NCBI GenBank assembly: GCA_044344255.1
Contig: JBIJDH010000012.1
Location: 165,300-229,299 of the forward strand
Direction of reading: 5' to 3'
DNA from: Myxococcota bacterium
GTDB taxonomy: Bacteria; Myxococcota_A; UBA796; UBA2385
DNA: 64,000 nt
Positions 41,887 through 50,225 of this stretch are shown piece by piece; position 1 is the first letter of the stretch, and each line of letters starts with the position of its first letter. A program made the position numbers and the translations under genes. Below the pieces are notes generated by a model, which saw only the letters and a list, made by a program, of their open reading frames with translations, made no database searches and had not been told where the DNA came from.

Positions 41887-43071
41887 CTACGAGGTCGACG
41901 CGGGAGGCTCGGAGGCCGCAGGCGCCGCGGGGCCGCTCGGGGCCGGATCGCTCAACCAGCGGGTCGGACGCCCGGTCTCGGCGATGCGGGCGACCAGCCA
42001 CGCCCGCACCGGCTCGATGCCCATCGGCGCCGGCATCAGCTGCGGGAGCGGATCGAAGGAGGCGGCCACCACCTGCTCCCGGGGGACACCGAGCTTCACC
42101 GCGGTGTCGGCGACGAAGCGCTCGCGGTCGGCCAGCTTGAGGGTGTCGATCTTGTTGACCACCACGAGCACGGGGCGCCGGCGGGCCGAGCAGCGGGCCC
42201 ACTCCTCTTTCTCGCGGGTGCGGACGCCGCCCTGCGCGTTGACGAGGAAGATGAAGACGTCGATGTGATCGAGCACACCGCGGGTCTCTTCGGTGAGCGC
42301 CTGCACCACGTCGCCGAGCCCCGGCGTGTTGACCACCTCGAGGCCATCGGCGCCGGGGATCGGGAAGATGCTCACCGTCTTGGTCGAGCCGGCGATCGGG
42401 CTCACGTTGCCGGTGTCGAGGCCGAAGAGGGCCTTGACCGCGGCGTCCTTCCCGACGGATGGGGGCCCGAGCAGGCCGACGGTGAAGCGCCGATCGACGG
42501 TGGCGCGGAGCTCGGCCAGGGCCAGCACGGCCGGCAGGAGGATGGCGTCGCGGGGGTGGGCCAGCCACCAGATGAGCCGCATCGCGATGACCGGCCCGAG
42601 GAAGAACAAGAAGCCGCGCATCAAGATGAGGAGCAGCGCGCTCCCCACGACCTTCACGGGGGACTTCACGTCTTCGGGGGGCATGTCCCGCAGCCGCTCG
42701 AGGGCGTTCATGCCCAGCAGCCCGTCGATGCGGCTCCGCTCCGTGGGTCGAGGTTGGCCGTTCTGCCGCCACCAGGCGAGGATGCGCCGCTCTGTCTCGG
42801 GGGCCGTCTCGGCGGGGACGATGCCGAGGCGGCGGGCGAGGCCGGCGACCACCTCCAGGTAGGGGGGGCCCTCTCCCTTTCGGAGCACGAGGTTGCCGAT
42901 CTCGGCGGCGCCGGCGGCGCGCAGCGTGCGCTCCACCGCGGTGGCCATCGCGTCCCGACCGCGGCTGCCCACCGGCAGCTTGAGCGCGCTCGCCAAGGGC
43001 ACCAGCTCGTCGCGGTGGCAGCGGCGAAGGACCTCGCCGAGGGGCAGGATGGGGGCCGGGAGGTCGCTCAT
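41887..43071 (-). CDS. Membrane-associated Era/YcjF-like GTPase (N-terminal helical and TM domain)
   Basis: GPPSVGKD, AGST, NTPG, NKID. Confidence 0.8.
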   Translation of the reverse strand: MSDLPAPILPLGEVLRRCHRDELVPLASALKLPVGSRGRDAMATAVERTLRAAGAAEIGNLVLRKGEGPPYLEVVAGLARRLGIVPAETAPETERRILAWWRQNGQPRPTERSRIDGLLGMNALERLRDMPPEDVKSPVKVVGSALLLILMRGFLFFLGPVIAMRLIWWLAHPRDAILLPAVLALAELRATVDRRFTVGLLGPPSVGKDAAVKALFGLDTGNVSPIAGSTKTVSIFPIPGADGLEVVNTPGLGDVVQALTEETRGVLDHIDVFIFLVNAQGGVRTREKEEWARCSARRRPVLVVVNKIDTLKLADRERFVADTAVKLGVPREQVVAASFDPLPQLMPAPMGIEPVRAWLVARIAETGRPTRWLSDPAPSGPAAPAASEPPASTS

Positions 43072-44249
43072 CCGCGCTGGGCTGCCTCTCGGTCCTTCCA
43101 GGCCATCGCTTCGGTGTCGAAGACGTTGCGGAGCTCGGCGCCCGAGACCTGCTTGCCCTTGGCGGTGTTCTCCATGTAGACGATGGCGGCGCGGCCGACG
43201 CCGTAGGTGCTGGCGCTGGCCACCGTGGCGCCGATCGCGCTGGCCGCCAGCTCTCCGAGCTGCCCGCCCGGCAGCCAGCCCGCCGCCTTCAGGCCCTCCA
43301 TGCCCCAGCGAACGAAGCCCTTGCCGGCGCCGGCCAGCACCTCTCCGAGGATGAACATCGCGATGTTCTCGGACAGCGGCACCTCGTAGATGGTGGCGAC
43401 GTCGCTGATCAGCTTGACGTGCACCGCCGTGACGGCCGCGAGGTCTGCGCCGGGGACGGGGATGGCCCCCGCGAGGGCCGCCCGCCGCGCCGCCACGCGG
43501 ATCACGGGCTCACAGGCCGCCGCCTTGTTGCGGAGCTGCTTGGCGAAGAGGAGGTCTTTCCCTCCCCCTTGGAGCGTGGCGACGATCCACTCCACCACCT
43601 GCTCGACGCCGATCGGGTGCTCAGCCAAAGCGGGCATGGGGTCAAAGGCGGTGACCACCGCCCCCTTCTTGTCGACGCCGAGCTGCCCGAGGGTGGCGCG
43701 CACGAACTCATCCTGCTGGTAGGGCCGGATGAGGTCGATCTTGTTGAGCGCGACCAGCACGGGGCGGCCCATCGCCTTGATGGCGTCGAGGTTGTGTCGG
43801 TCGTCAATGGTGGCGCCACCGTCACAATTGACGAGGTAGATCGCAGCGTCGACCCGGGCGAGGAAGCGGCGGGTGGCGGCCTCGACCTCCGGGCGCAGAT
43901 CTCCGAAGCCGGGCGCGTTGACGACGATGACCCGCCCGGCCCCGTCAAGGCGGATCGCCTTGAGCTCGCTGGTGCTGCCGGGGATGGGGTCGATCTGCCC
44001 GAAGTCCACCCCGAAGATGGCGTTGATAGCGGCGTCCTTGCCAGACGACGCGGCTCCCACGAAGGCGAGGATCAAGTCCTGATCGAGGTTCCGGGCCACC
44101 TGGGTGGCGGCGGACTCCCAGCGCTCGGCCACCTGGAGGAGCGGGATCTGGATCGCACCCTCTGCCCCAAGGACGACAGGTGCGACGGGCGCGGCGGGTG
44201 CGGAGGGCGCAGGCAGGACGACGACGGGCAGGTCAGTGGGGTCGCTCAT
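43068..44249 (-). CDS. YcjF-like GTPase with DUF697-like C-terminus
   Basis: GAASSGKD, PGST, NAPG, NKID; AIPVPGADL..; ASTYGVG. Confidence 0.82.
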   Translation of the reverse strand: MSDPTDLPVVVLPAPSAPAAPVAPVVLGAEGAIQIPLLQVAERWESAATQVARNLDQDLILAFVGAASSGKDAAINAIFGVDFGQIDPIPGSTSELKAIRLDGAGRVIVVNAPGFGDLRPEVEAATRRFLARVDAAIYLVNCDGGATIDDRHNLDAIKAMGRPVLVALNKIDLIRPYQQDEFVRATLGQLGVDKKGAVVTAFDPMPALAEHPIGVEQVVEWIVATLQGGGKDLLFAKQLRNKAAACEPVIRVAARRAALAGAIPVPGADLAAVTAVHVKLISDVATIYEVPLSENIAMFILGEVLAGAGKGFVRWGMEGLKAAGWLPGGQLGELAASAIGATVASASTYGVGRAAIVYMENTAKGKQVSGAELRNVFDTEAMAWKDREAAQRG

Positions 44250-44363
44250 GGGCCTTCGCATATCCCGGCCCCCGGTGGGCGTCTGGAGCCGGTCAACACC
44301 GGCGGTTCTGCTTGCGGACGCCCGACGGTCCGTGTAGCCCTACGTACCCGTCCCGAGGTGCCC

Positions 44364-45560
44364 ATGACCCTCCGCGCTTGCCCCGTCCTCCTCTCCCGCG
44401 CGGGCCAGACCGCAGCCGCCCTCGCCCTCGTGTTGTCGGGCAGCGTCACGGCCGCGGAGCCCCTCGAGGGGGACCGCGCGCTCGAGCCCTCGATCGGGGT
44501 CGGCACCTTGCCCTCCCTCGGCAGCCCGGGCGGGCCGATGGGCATCATCAACGGCGTCGAGGCCACCGAGTCGGACTACCCGATGACCGGCGGCATGCTG
44601 ATGGACGCCACCCTCAAGATTCCCGGCTACGGGAACTTCCCGTACAACGCCCTCATCTGCAGCTCCACCCTCATCGCCCCCGACGTGGTGATGCTGGCCG
44701 CCCACTGCATGGACGAGGACGCCTTCACCCAGGGCCAGGGCACGATGGACATCAAGGCCATCGGCTGGACCCGCCAGGCGGACCTCACCGACTACGACGG
44801 CACCGGCCGGGCCACCGACTGGCCGGAGGACACCGTCGCCGCCTGGGACTGGGTCAAGAACGAAGACTTCGACATCTTCCGCATGCAGATGGGCACGGCG
44901 AAGAACTACGACATCGCGCTCCTCTTCCTCGAGGAGCCGGTGCTCGACGTCACGCCCGCCTACGTGATCACCGCCGAGGAGCGCGACCAGCTCCTCGAGG
45001 GCAACGAGGTCGAGATCGTCGGCTGGGGCCAGCAGACCGCCACCTCCGGCTCCACGGCGCCCCCCGCTGGCACCTACGCGATCAAGATGATGGGCAGCTC
45101 GATCATCGGCGAGCTCGACGAGTACGAGTTCCAGGTGGGCCCCGAGGAGGAGGACGTGCGCAAGTGCCACGGCGACTCCGGCGGCCCCACCTTCATGAAC
45201 GTCGAGAGCGACTCGGAGGACCCCCGCCGGCTCATCGGCGTGACCTCCCACTCCTACGACATGTCCGACTGCAAGAACAAGGGCGGCGTCGACACCCGCG
45301 TCGACGGCTACCTCGAGTGGATCGAGGCCGAGATGACCTCGCGCTGCGAGGACGGCACCCGCGCCTGGTGCGACGTCCCCGGCCTGATCCAGGCCCCCCT
45401 CCCCATCGAGGAGGAGGACCCCACCGAGGAGGGCGGCGCCGACGGCAAGGGCGGCGGTGGGAAGGCCGGCTGCGGCTGCGCGTCCAGCGAGGCCCCGCTC
45501 GGGCTCTGGGGCGCCCTGGCCGCCGTCGGAGGGCTCCTCACCCTCCGCCGTCGCCGCTGA
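44364..45560 (+). CDS. Trypsin-like (S1) serine protease with MYXO-CTERM
   Basis: IING, LAAHC, DIAL, CHGDSGGP; C-terminal GCGCAS..LWGALAAVGGLLTLRRRR. Confidence 0.92.
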   Translation: MTLRACPVLLSRAGQTAAALALVLSGSVTAAEPLEGDRALEPSIGVGTLPSLGSPGGPMGIINGVEATESDYPMTGGMLMDATLKIPGYGNFPYNALICSSTLIAPDVVMLAAHCMDEDAFTQGQGTMDIKAIGWTRQADLTDYDGTGRATDWPEDTVAAWDWVKNEDFDIFRMQMGTAKNYDIALLFLEEPVLDVTPAYVITAEERDQLLEGNEVEIVGWGQQTATSGSTAPPAGTYAIKMMGSSIIGELDEYEFQVGPEEEDVRKCHGDSGGPTFMNVESDSEDPRRLIGVTSHSYDMSDCKNKGGVDTRVDGYLEWIEAEMTSRCEDGTRAWCDVPGLIQAPLPIEEEDPTEEGGADGKGGGGKAGCGCASSEAPLGLWGALAAVGGLLTLRRRR

Positions 45561-45570
45561 GCGGCCCGCG

Positions 45571-46566
45571 ATGCTCCTCCTCCTCACCGGCCTCGCCCTG
45601 GGCCCTCAGGCGATCGCCGCCGAGGTGGCGCCGAAGATCGTCAACGGCGCCGAAGAGGCCGGCTTCCCGGGCGTGATCGCGATCGGCGCCCAGCTCGGCC
45701 AGACCACCCTCGCCGTCTGCACGGCCAGCCTGATCACGCCGCGGGTGGTGCTCTCGGCGGCCCACTGCGGGGCCGATCTCGCCCCCGAGCTCATCGTATC
45801 GCTCGGCAAGGCCTTCTTCGGGGCCGACGTCACCGATCCCGATGAACTCATCGGCTTCACGGCCTTCGCCACCCACCCGGGCTACGTCCCCCTCGAGAAC
45901 GGGGTCACCCTCGGTGAGAACGACGCCGCGGTCGCGATCCTCGCCGAAGACTACGAGGGTGAGGTCATCTGGGCGAACCTCCTGCCCATCGCCGAGGAAG
46001 ACCTCGGCACCACGATGACCTCGGTGGGCTTCGGCATCACCGGGGGCAACCGGCAGGACTCCGGCGTCAAGCGCTCGGTCGAGCTCTCCCTCGACCGGAT
46101 CGACGAGACCTTCCTCTACAGCCTCGGCAAGGCCCGCGAGGGGGAGGGCCAGATCTGCAGCGGCGACTCCGGCGGCCCACAGATGGTGCAGGAGGCTGAC
46201 GGCCGCTGGACGCAGTGGGCCATCCACTCCTGGGGCGACGCCGCCTGCCGCCAGGAGTCCGGCAGCACCCGCGTCGACTCCGTGGCCGACTTCGTGCTCG
46301 AGCAGGTGGAGCTGGCCCACGGCACGCGAGACCTCTGCGAGGCCAACGGCCGCTATGGAGACGGGGTCTGCGACACCTTCTGCGAGGCCGACCCCGACTG
46401 CATCCCCGCCGCCCTCACGCCGATGGGGGAGCTCCTCGGCGGCGGGGGCTGCTCGGCGGTGCCCCCCGCCCCCGCCCCCGCCTCCGCCCGCGCGCCCCTC
46501 GCCCCGCTGCTGATCGGCCTCCTGTTGGGCCCCGCCCTCCGCCGTCGGCGCCGCCTCAGCCCTTGA
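45571..46566 (+). CDS. Trypsin-like (S1) serine protease with MYXO-CTERM
   Basis: IVNG, SAAHC, DAAV, CSGDSGGP; GGGCS..LLIGLLLGPALRRRRR. Confidence 0.92.
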   Translation: MLLLLTGLALGPQAIAAEVAPKIVNGAEEAGFPGVIAIGAQLGQTTLAVCTASLITPRVVLSAAHCGADLAPELIVSLGKAFFGADVTDPDELIGFTAFATHPGYVPLENGVTLGENDAAVAILAEDYEGEVIWANLLPIAEEDLGTTMTSVGFGITGGNRQDSGVKRSVELSLDRIDETFLYSLGKAREGEGQICSGDSGGPQMVQEADGRWTQWAIHSWGDAACRQESGSTRVDSVADFVLEQVELAHGTRDLCEANGRYGDGVCDTFCEADPDCIPAALTPMGELLGGGGCSAVPPAPAPASARAPLAPLLIGLLLGPALRRRRRLSP

Positions 46567-47779
46567 CGCAGACGACCTGCTTGAGGGTGTGCACGACCTC
46601 GACGAGATCGGCCTGGGCCGCCATCACGGCGTCGATGTCCTTGTAGGCGGCTGGCGTCTCGTCGATCACGTCGGCGTCCTTCCGGCACTCGACGCCGGCC
46701 GTCGCCGCCGCGTGATCGGCGAGGGTGAAGCGGCGGCGGGCCTCGGTGCGAGACATCGCCCGCCCGGCCCCGTGGGAGCAGGAGCAGAAGCTCTCGGCGT
46801 TCCCCTTCCCGCGCACGATGAAGGAGCGGGCGCCCATCGACCCCGGGATGATGCCGAGCTCACCGGCGCCGGCGCGCACGGCCCCCTTGCGGGTGACCCA
46901 GAGGTCGCGGCCGTAATGCGACTCGCGGGAGATGTAGTTGTGGTGGCAATTCACGGCCTCGAGGCGCGCCGCGAAGGGCGGCAGGCCGGGGGTGGCGGCG
47001 AGGGCACGGAGCGCGGCGCGCATCATCAGCTCCCGGTTGAGGCTGGCGAAGTCCTGCGCCCAGCGCACCGCGTCGACGTAGTCGTCGAAGTAGGCGGAGC
47101 CCTCGGAGAGGTAGGCGAGGTTCTGGTCGGGGAGCTGCACGAACCAGCGGGTCATCTCCTCCTTCGCCTTGTCGATGAAGTAGCGGCCGATCGCGTTGCC
47201 GACCCCGCGCGAGCCCGAGTGCAACATCAGCCAGACCTGGTCGGCCTCGTCGATGCAGAGCTCGATGAAGTGGTTGCCCGTGCCGAGCGTGCCGAGGTGG
47301 CTGCGCTGGTTCGAGCGGCCGATGCCGGGGTGGGCCTCCATGATACGATCGAAGCGCGGGGCGAGGGTGGCCCAGGCGGCGTCGACCTCGGCGGGCACGT
47401 CGCTCCAGGCGCCCCGGTCGACACCGCCGCGGCTCACCGAGCGGCCATGGGGCACGGCGGCCTCGATGCCCGCCCGGATGCTGGCGAGCGAGGTGGGCAG
47501 ATCGGCGGCCCGCAGGCTCGTGCGGGTGGCGATCATGCCGCAGCCGAGGTCGACGCCGACCGCGGCGGGGATGATGGCCTTGGCCGAAGGGATCACCGAG
47601 CCCACCGCCGCCCCGTTCCCCCAGTGGGTGTCGGGCATCGCGGCCACCCAGGGGCCGACGAAGGGCAGGCTGGCGAGGTTCTTGAGCTGCTCCGTCGCGG
47701 CGGCCTCGACAGGCACCCCGCGGGTCCAGCTCTTCACGATGCCCTGGTTGGGGGCGCTCACCACATCGTACGCGGCCAT
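46556..47779 (-). CDS. rtcB: RNA 3'-phosphate/5'-OH ligase RtcB
   Basis: MPDTH, VGVDLGCG, GTLGTGNHFIE, HSGSRG, HHNY, PGSMG, SHGAGR, DETPAAYK. Confidence 0.97.
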   Translation of the reverse strand: MAAYDVVSAPNQGIVKSWTRGVPVEAAATEQLKNLASLPFVGPWVAAMPDTHWGNGAAVGSVIPSAKAIIPAAVGVDLGCGMIATRTSLRAADLPTSLASIRAGIEAAVPHGRSVSRGGVDRGAWSDVPAEVDAAWATLAPRFDRIMEAHPGIGRSNQRSHLGTLGTGNHFIELCIDEADQVWLMLHSGSRGVGNAIGRYFIDKAKEEMTRWFVQLPDQNLAYLSEGSAYFDDYVDAVRWAQDFASLNRELMMRAALRALAATPGLPPFAARLEAVNCHHNYISRESHYGRDLWVTRKGAVRAGAGELGIIPGSMGARSFIVRGKGNAESFCSCSHGAGRAMSRTEARRRFTLADHAAATAGVECRKDADVIDETPAAYKDIDAVMAAQADLVEVVHTLKQVVCVKG

Positions 47780-47831
47780 GGGATCCTCCTCCTGCGGTCC
47801 GCTCGTCGGCCGCCAGGACAGGCCACACCAA

Positions 47832-47847
47832 AGCACGGCGCGTGCCA
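47832..47847 (-). promoter_or_regulatory. Sigma54 -24/-12 promoter of rtcB
   Basis: TGGCAC-GCGCC-GTGCT upstream of rtcB, divergent from rtcR. Confidence 0.8.
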
Positions 47848-47928
47848 GCGGCTCCGAGCCGCCTATCCCCTGCCCTTCTGACCCGCGCCTCTTCACGACA
47901 CGATAGGGTGAGCGCAGGAGCGATACCA

Positions 47929-49590
47929 ATGAATCAGCCGCGCCGCCGGGTGGCCTTCAGCATCCTCGGAACCACCCTCGACGAGGGCTTCGGAGAGCGG
48001 CGCTGGCGGCGTTGGCGGCCAAACATCGCCATATGTAGCCAGCCTGACCTCCCGCTCGACCGCCTTGAGCTCCTCTACTCGGCGGCTCACCGCCCCCTCG
48101 CAGAACGCGTCGTGGCCGACATCGCCCAGGTGAGCCCTCACACCGAGGTCCGCACCCACCCGATGGAGCAGGACGACCCCTGGGACTTCGCCGGGGTCTA
48201 CAGCACCCTGCTCACCATCGCCCGCGCCTGCCGCTTTGACCCCGAGCAAGACGACCTCCTCGTCCACATCTCCACCGGCACCCACGTCGCCCAGATCTGC
48301 CTCTTCCTCCTCACCGAGTCGCGCGAGCTCCCCGGCCGGCTCCTGCAGAGCGCCCCCGACACCGAGCCCGGCGCCGAGGTCGGCCGCGGTCGCGCCACCC
48401 TCATCGACCTCGACCTCCGCCGGTACGACTCCATCGCCCGCCGCCACAAGGACGACCGCGAGGTGGCGGCTGACCTCCTGAAGGACGGCATCCAGACACA
48501 AAACGCTGCCTTCAACCAGCTCATCGAGGAGATCGAGCTGGTGGCCCTCCGCTCTCAGGCCCCGATCCTCCTGCAGGGGCCCACCGGGGCCGGAAAGTCG
48601 AGCCTCGCCCGTCGTATTCACGCCCTCCGCCGCCAGAAGCGACGGGTGGGCGAGGCCTTCGTCGAGGTCAACTGCGCCACCCTCCGCGGCGACGGGGCGA
48701 TGTCCGCCCTCTTCGGGCACGCCCGCGGGGCCTTCACCGGCGCCGTCTCGGCGCGGGCGGGCCTCCTCCAAGAGGCCGACGGGGGGCTGCTCTTCCTCGA
48801 TGAGGTGGGCGAGCTCGGCATGGAGGAGCAGGCCATGCTGCTGCACGCGGTCGAGGAGGGGCGCTTCCGCCCTGTCGGCTCCGACAAAGAGGTCAAGGTC
48901 GAATTCCAGCTCATCGTCGGCACCCACCGCGACCTCTCGCTGGCCGTGCGCGCCGGGCGCTTCCGCGAAGACCTCCTCGCCCGCATCGACACCTGGACCT
49001 TCCGCCTCCCCGGCCTCCGCGAGCGCCTCGAAGATCTGCAGCCCAACCTCGACTACGAGCTCCAGCGGGTGAGCCGCGAGCTCGGACAGCGGGTCACCCT
49101 GAACCGCGAGGCGCGGGCCCGCTTCCTCCGTTTCGCGACCGGCCCCGAGGGCCGCTGGAGCCGCAACTTCCGCGATCTCGGCAGCGCGGTGCGGCGAATG
49201 GCGACGTTGGCGCCGGCGGGGCGCATCTCGGAGGGTGAGGTGGAGGCGGAGCGCCGCCGCCTGCTCGCCGCCTGGGGCCCCCCCGAGGACGCCGCCCCGG
49301 AGCCCTCCTCCCCGGTCGGCGCGGTCCTGCCGGAGGGGGTGGAGCTTGACCGCTTCGAGGCGGTGCAGCTCGCCGAGGTGGTGCGGGTCTGCCGCGCTTC
49401 AGCTACCCTCTCCATGGCCGGACGCCGCCTCTTCGCCGTCTCGCGGGCGCGTCGGAGCTCCGTGAACGACGCGGACCGCCTCCGCAAGTACCTCGCCCGC
49501 TTTCAGCTCGACTGGGACAGCGTCCGTGACCCCGCGGCCCTCGAGGCCGCCCTCCGCCGCTCCCTGTCCGCCGACCCCTCGGCCAGTTAG
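47929..49590 (+). CDS. rtcR: Sigma54-dependent RNA-repair activator RtcR (CARF, AAA+, HTH)
   Basis: RWRRWRP, DPWDF, HISTGTHVAQIC, GPTGAGKS, GAFTGA, NDADRLRKYL. Confidence 0.96.
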   Translation: MNQPRRRVAFSILGTTLDEGFGERRWRRWRPNIAICSQPDLPLDRLELLYSAAHRPLAERVVADIAQVSPHTEVRTHPMEQDDPWDFAGVYSTLLTIARACRFDPEQDDLLVHISTGTHVAQICLFLLTESRELPGRLLQSAPDTEPGAEVGRGRATLIDLDLRRYDSIARRHKDDREVAADLLKDGIQTQNAAFNQLIEEIELVALRSQAPILLQGPTGAGKSSLARRIHALRRQKRRVGEAFVEVNCATLRGDGAMSALFGHARGAFTGAVSARAGLLQEADGGLLFLDEVGELGMEEQAMLLHAVEEGRFRPVGSDKEVKVEFQLIVGTHRDLSLAVRAGRFREDLLARIDTWTFRLPGLRERLEDLQPNLDYELQRVSRELGQRVTLNREARARFLRFATGPEGRWSRNFRDLGSAVRRMATLAPAGRISEGEVEAERRRLLAAWGPPEDAAPEPSSPVGAVLPEGVELDRFEAVQLAEVVRVCRASATLSMAGRRLFAVSRARRSSVNDADRLRKYLARFQLDWDSVRDPAALEAALRRSLSADPSAS

Positions 49591-49615
49591 CCCCCCATCC
49601 CTTCGTGGAGCCGCC

Positions 49616-50071
49616 ATGACCATCCGCAGTATCGCCCTCTCCTCCGCCCTCTTCTCGGCCCTCCTCGCCCTCCCCGCCTGCGGCGGCACCTGGGCTGGCG
49701 GCGGCGGCTCCGACACCGCGCCCGTCGGCGGCGACGGCGGCGACGGCACCGACGGGGCGGATGGCACCGACGGCTCCGACGGCTCCGATGGCGCCGACGG
49801 GGCGGACGGCGCCGACGGTGGCGGGGGCGGCGACGCCTGCGCCGCCTACGTGGACGCCATCAACGGCTGTCTGATGGACTATTACGAGGCCCTCGGCATG
49901 GACGGCTCGGACTACCTGATGGACCCCGAGACCACCTGCGCCGGCGCCGACAGCTCCTACGACAGCTACTTCACCTGCCTCGCCGACGCCTACGGCGGCG
50001 CAGACTGCGGCGACTCGTCCGGCGAGGGCTACGCCTCGGCCGCCAACGACGCCGCCTCTTGCTCGATGTGA
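49616..50071 (+). CDS. Cys-rich lipoprotein with Asp/Gly linker
   Basis: LALPAC lipobox; (DGA/DGS/DGT)n linker; six-Cys C-terminal domain. Confidence 0.7.
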   Translation: MTIRSIALSSALFSALLALPACGGTWAGGGGSDTAPVGGDGGDGTDGADGTDGSDGSDGADGADGADGGGGGDACAAYVDAINGCLMDYYEALGMDGSDYLMDPETTCAGADSSYDSYFTCLADAYGGADCGDSSGEGYASAANDAASCSM

Positions 50072-50225
50072 GGCTTCGGATCGCTGACCGCCGTCGCTGA
50101 GCGGCGGTTCAGCCAATTCGACGCGCTGGCGTGACCGAGCCCCCCCTGGGGACTAAGATGGGGGCCTGGAGGAAGCGCGCGCGGGCCGATCCTGTTGATC
50201 GACCGCCCCGCCCCCACCCGACCGC

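Noticed and set aside
43419..44363. N-terminal extension making a 713-aa protease
   Set aside because: Overlaps the GTPase gene on the opposite strand; the real start is the ATG at 44364 before a signal peptide.
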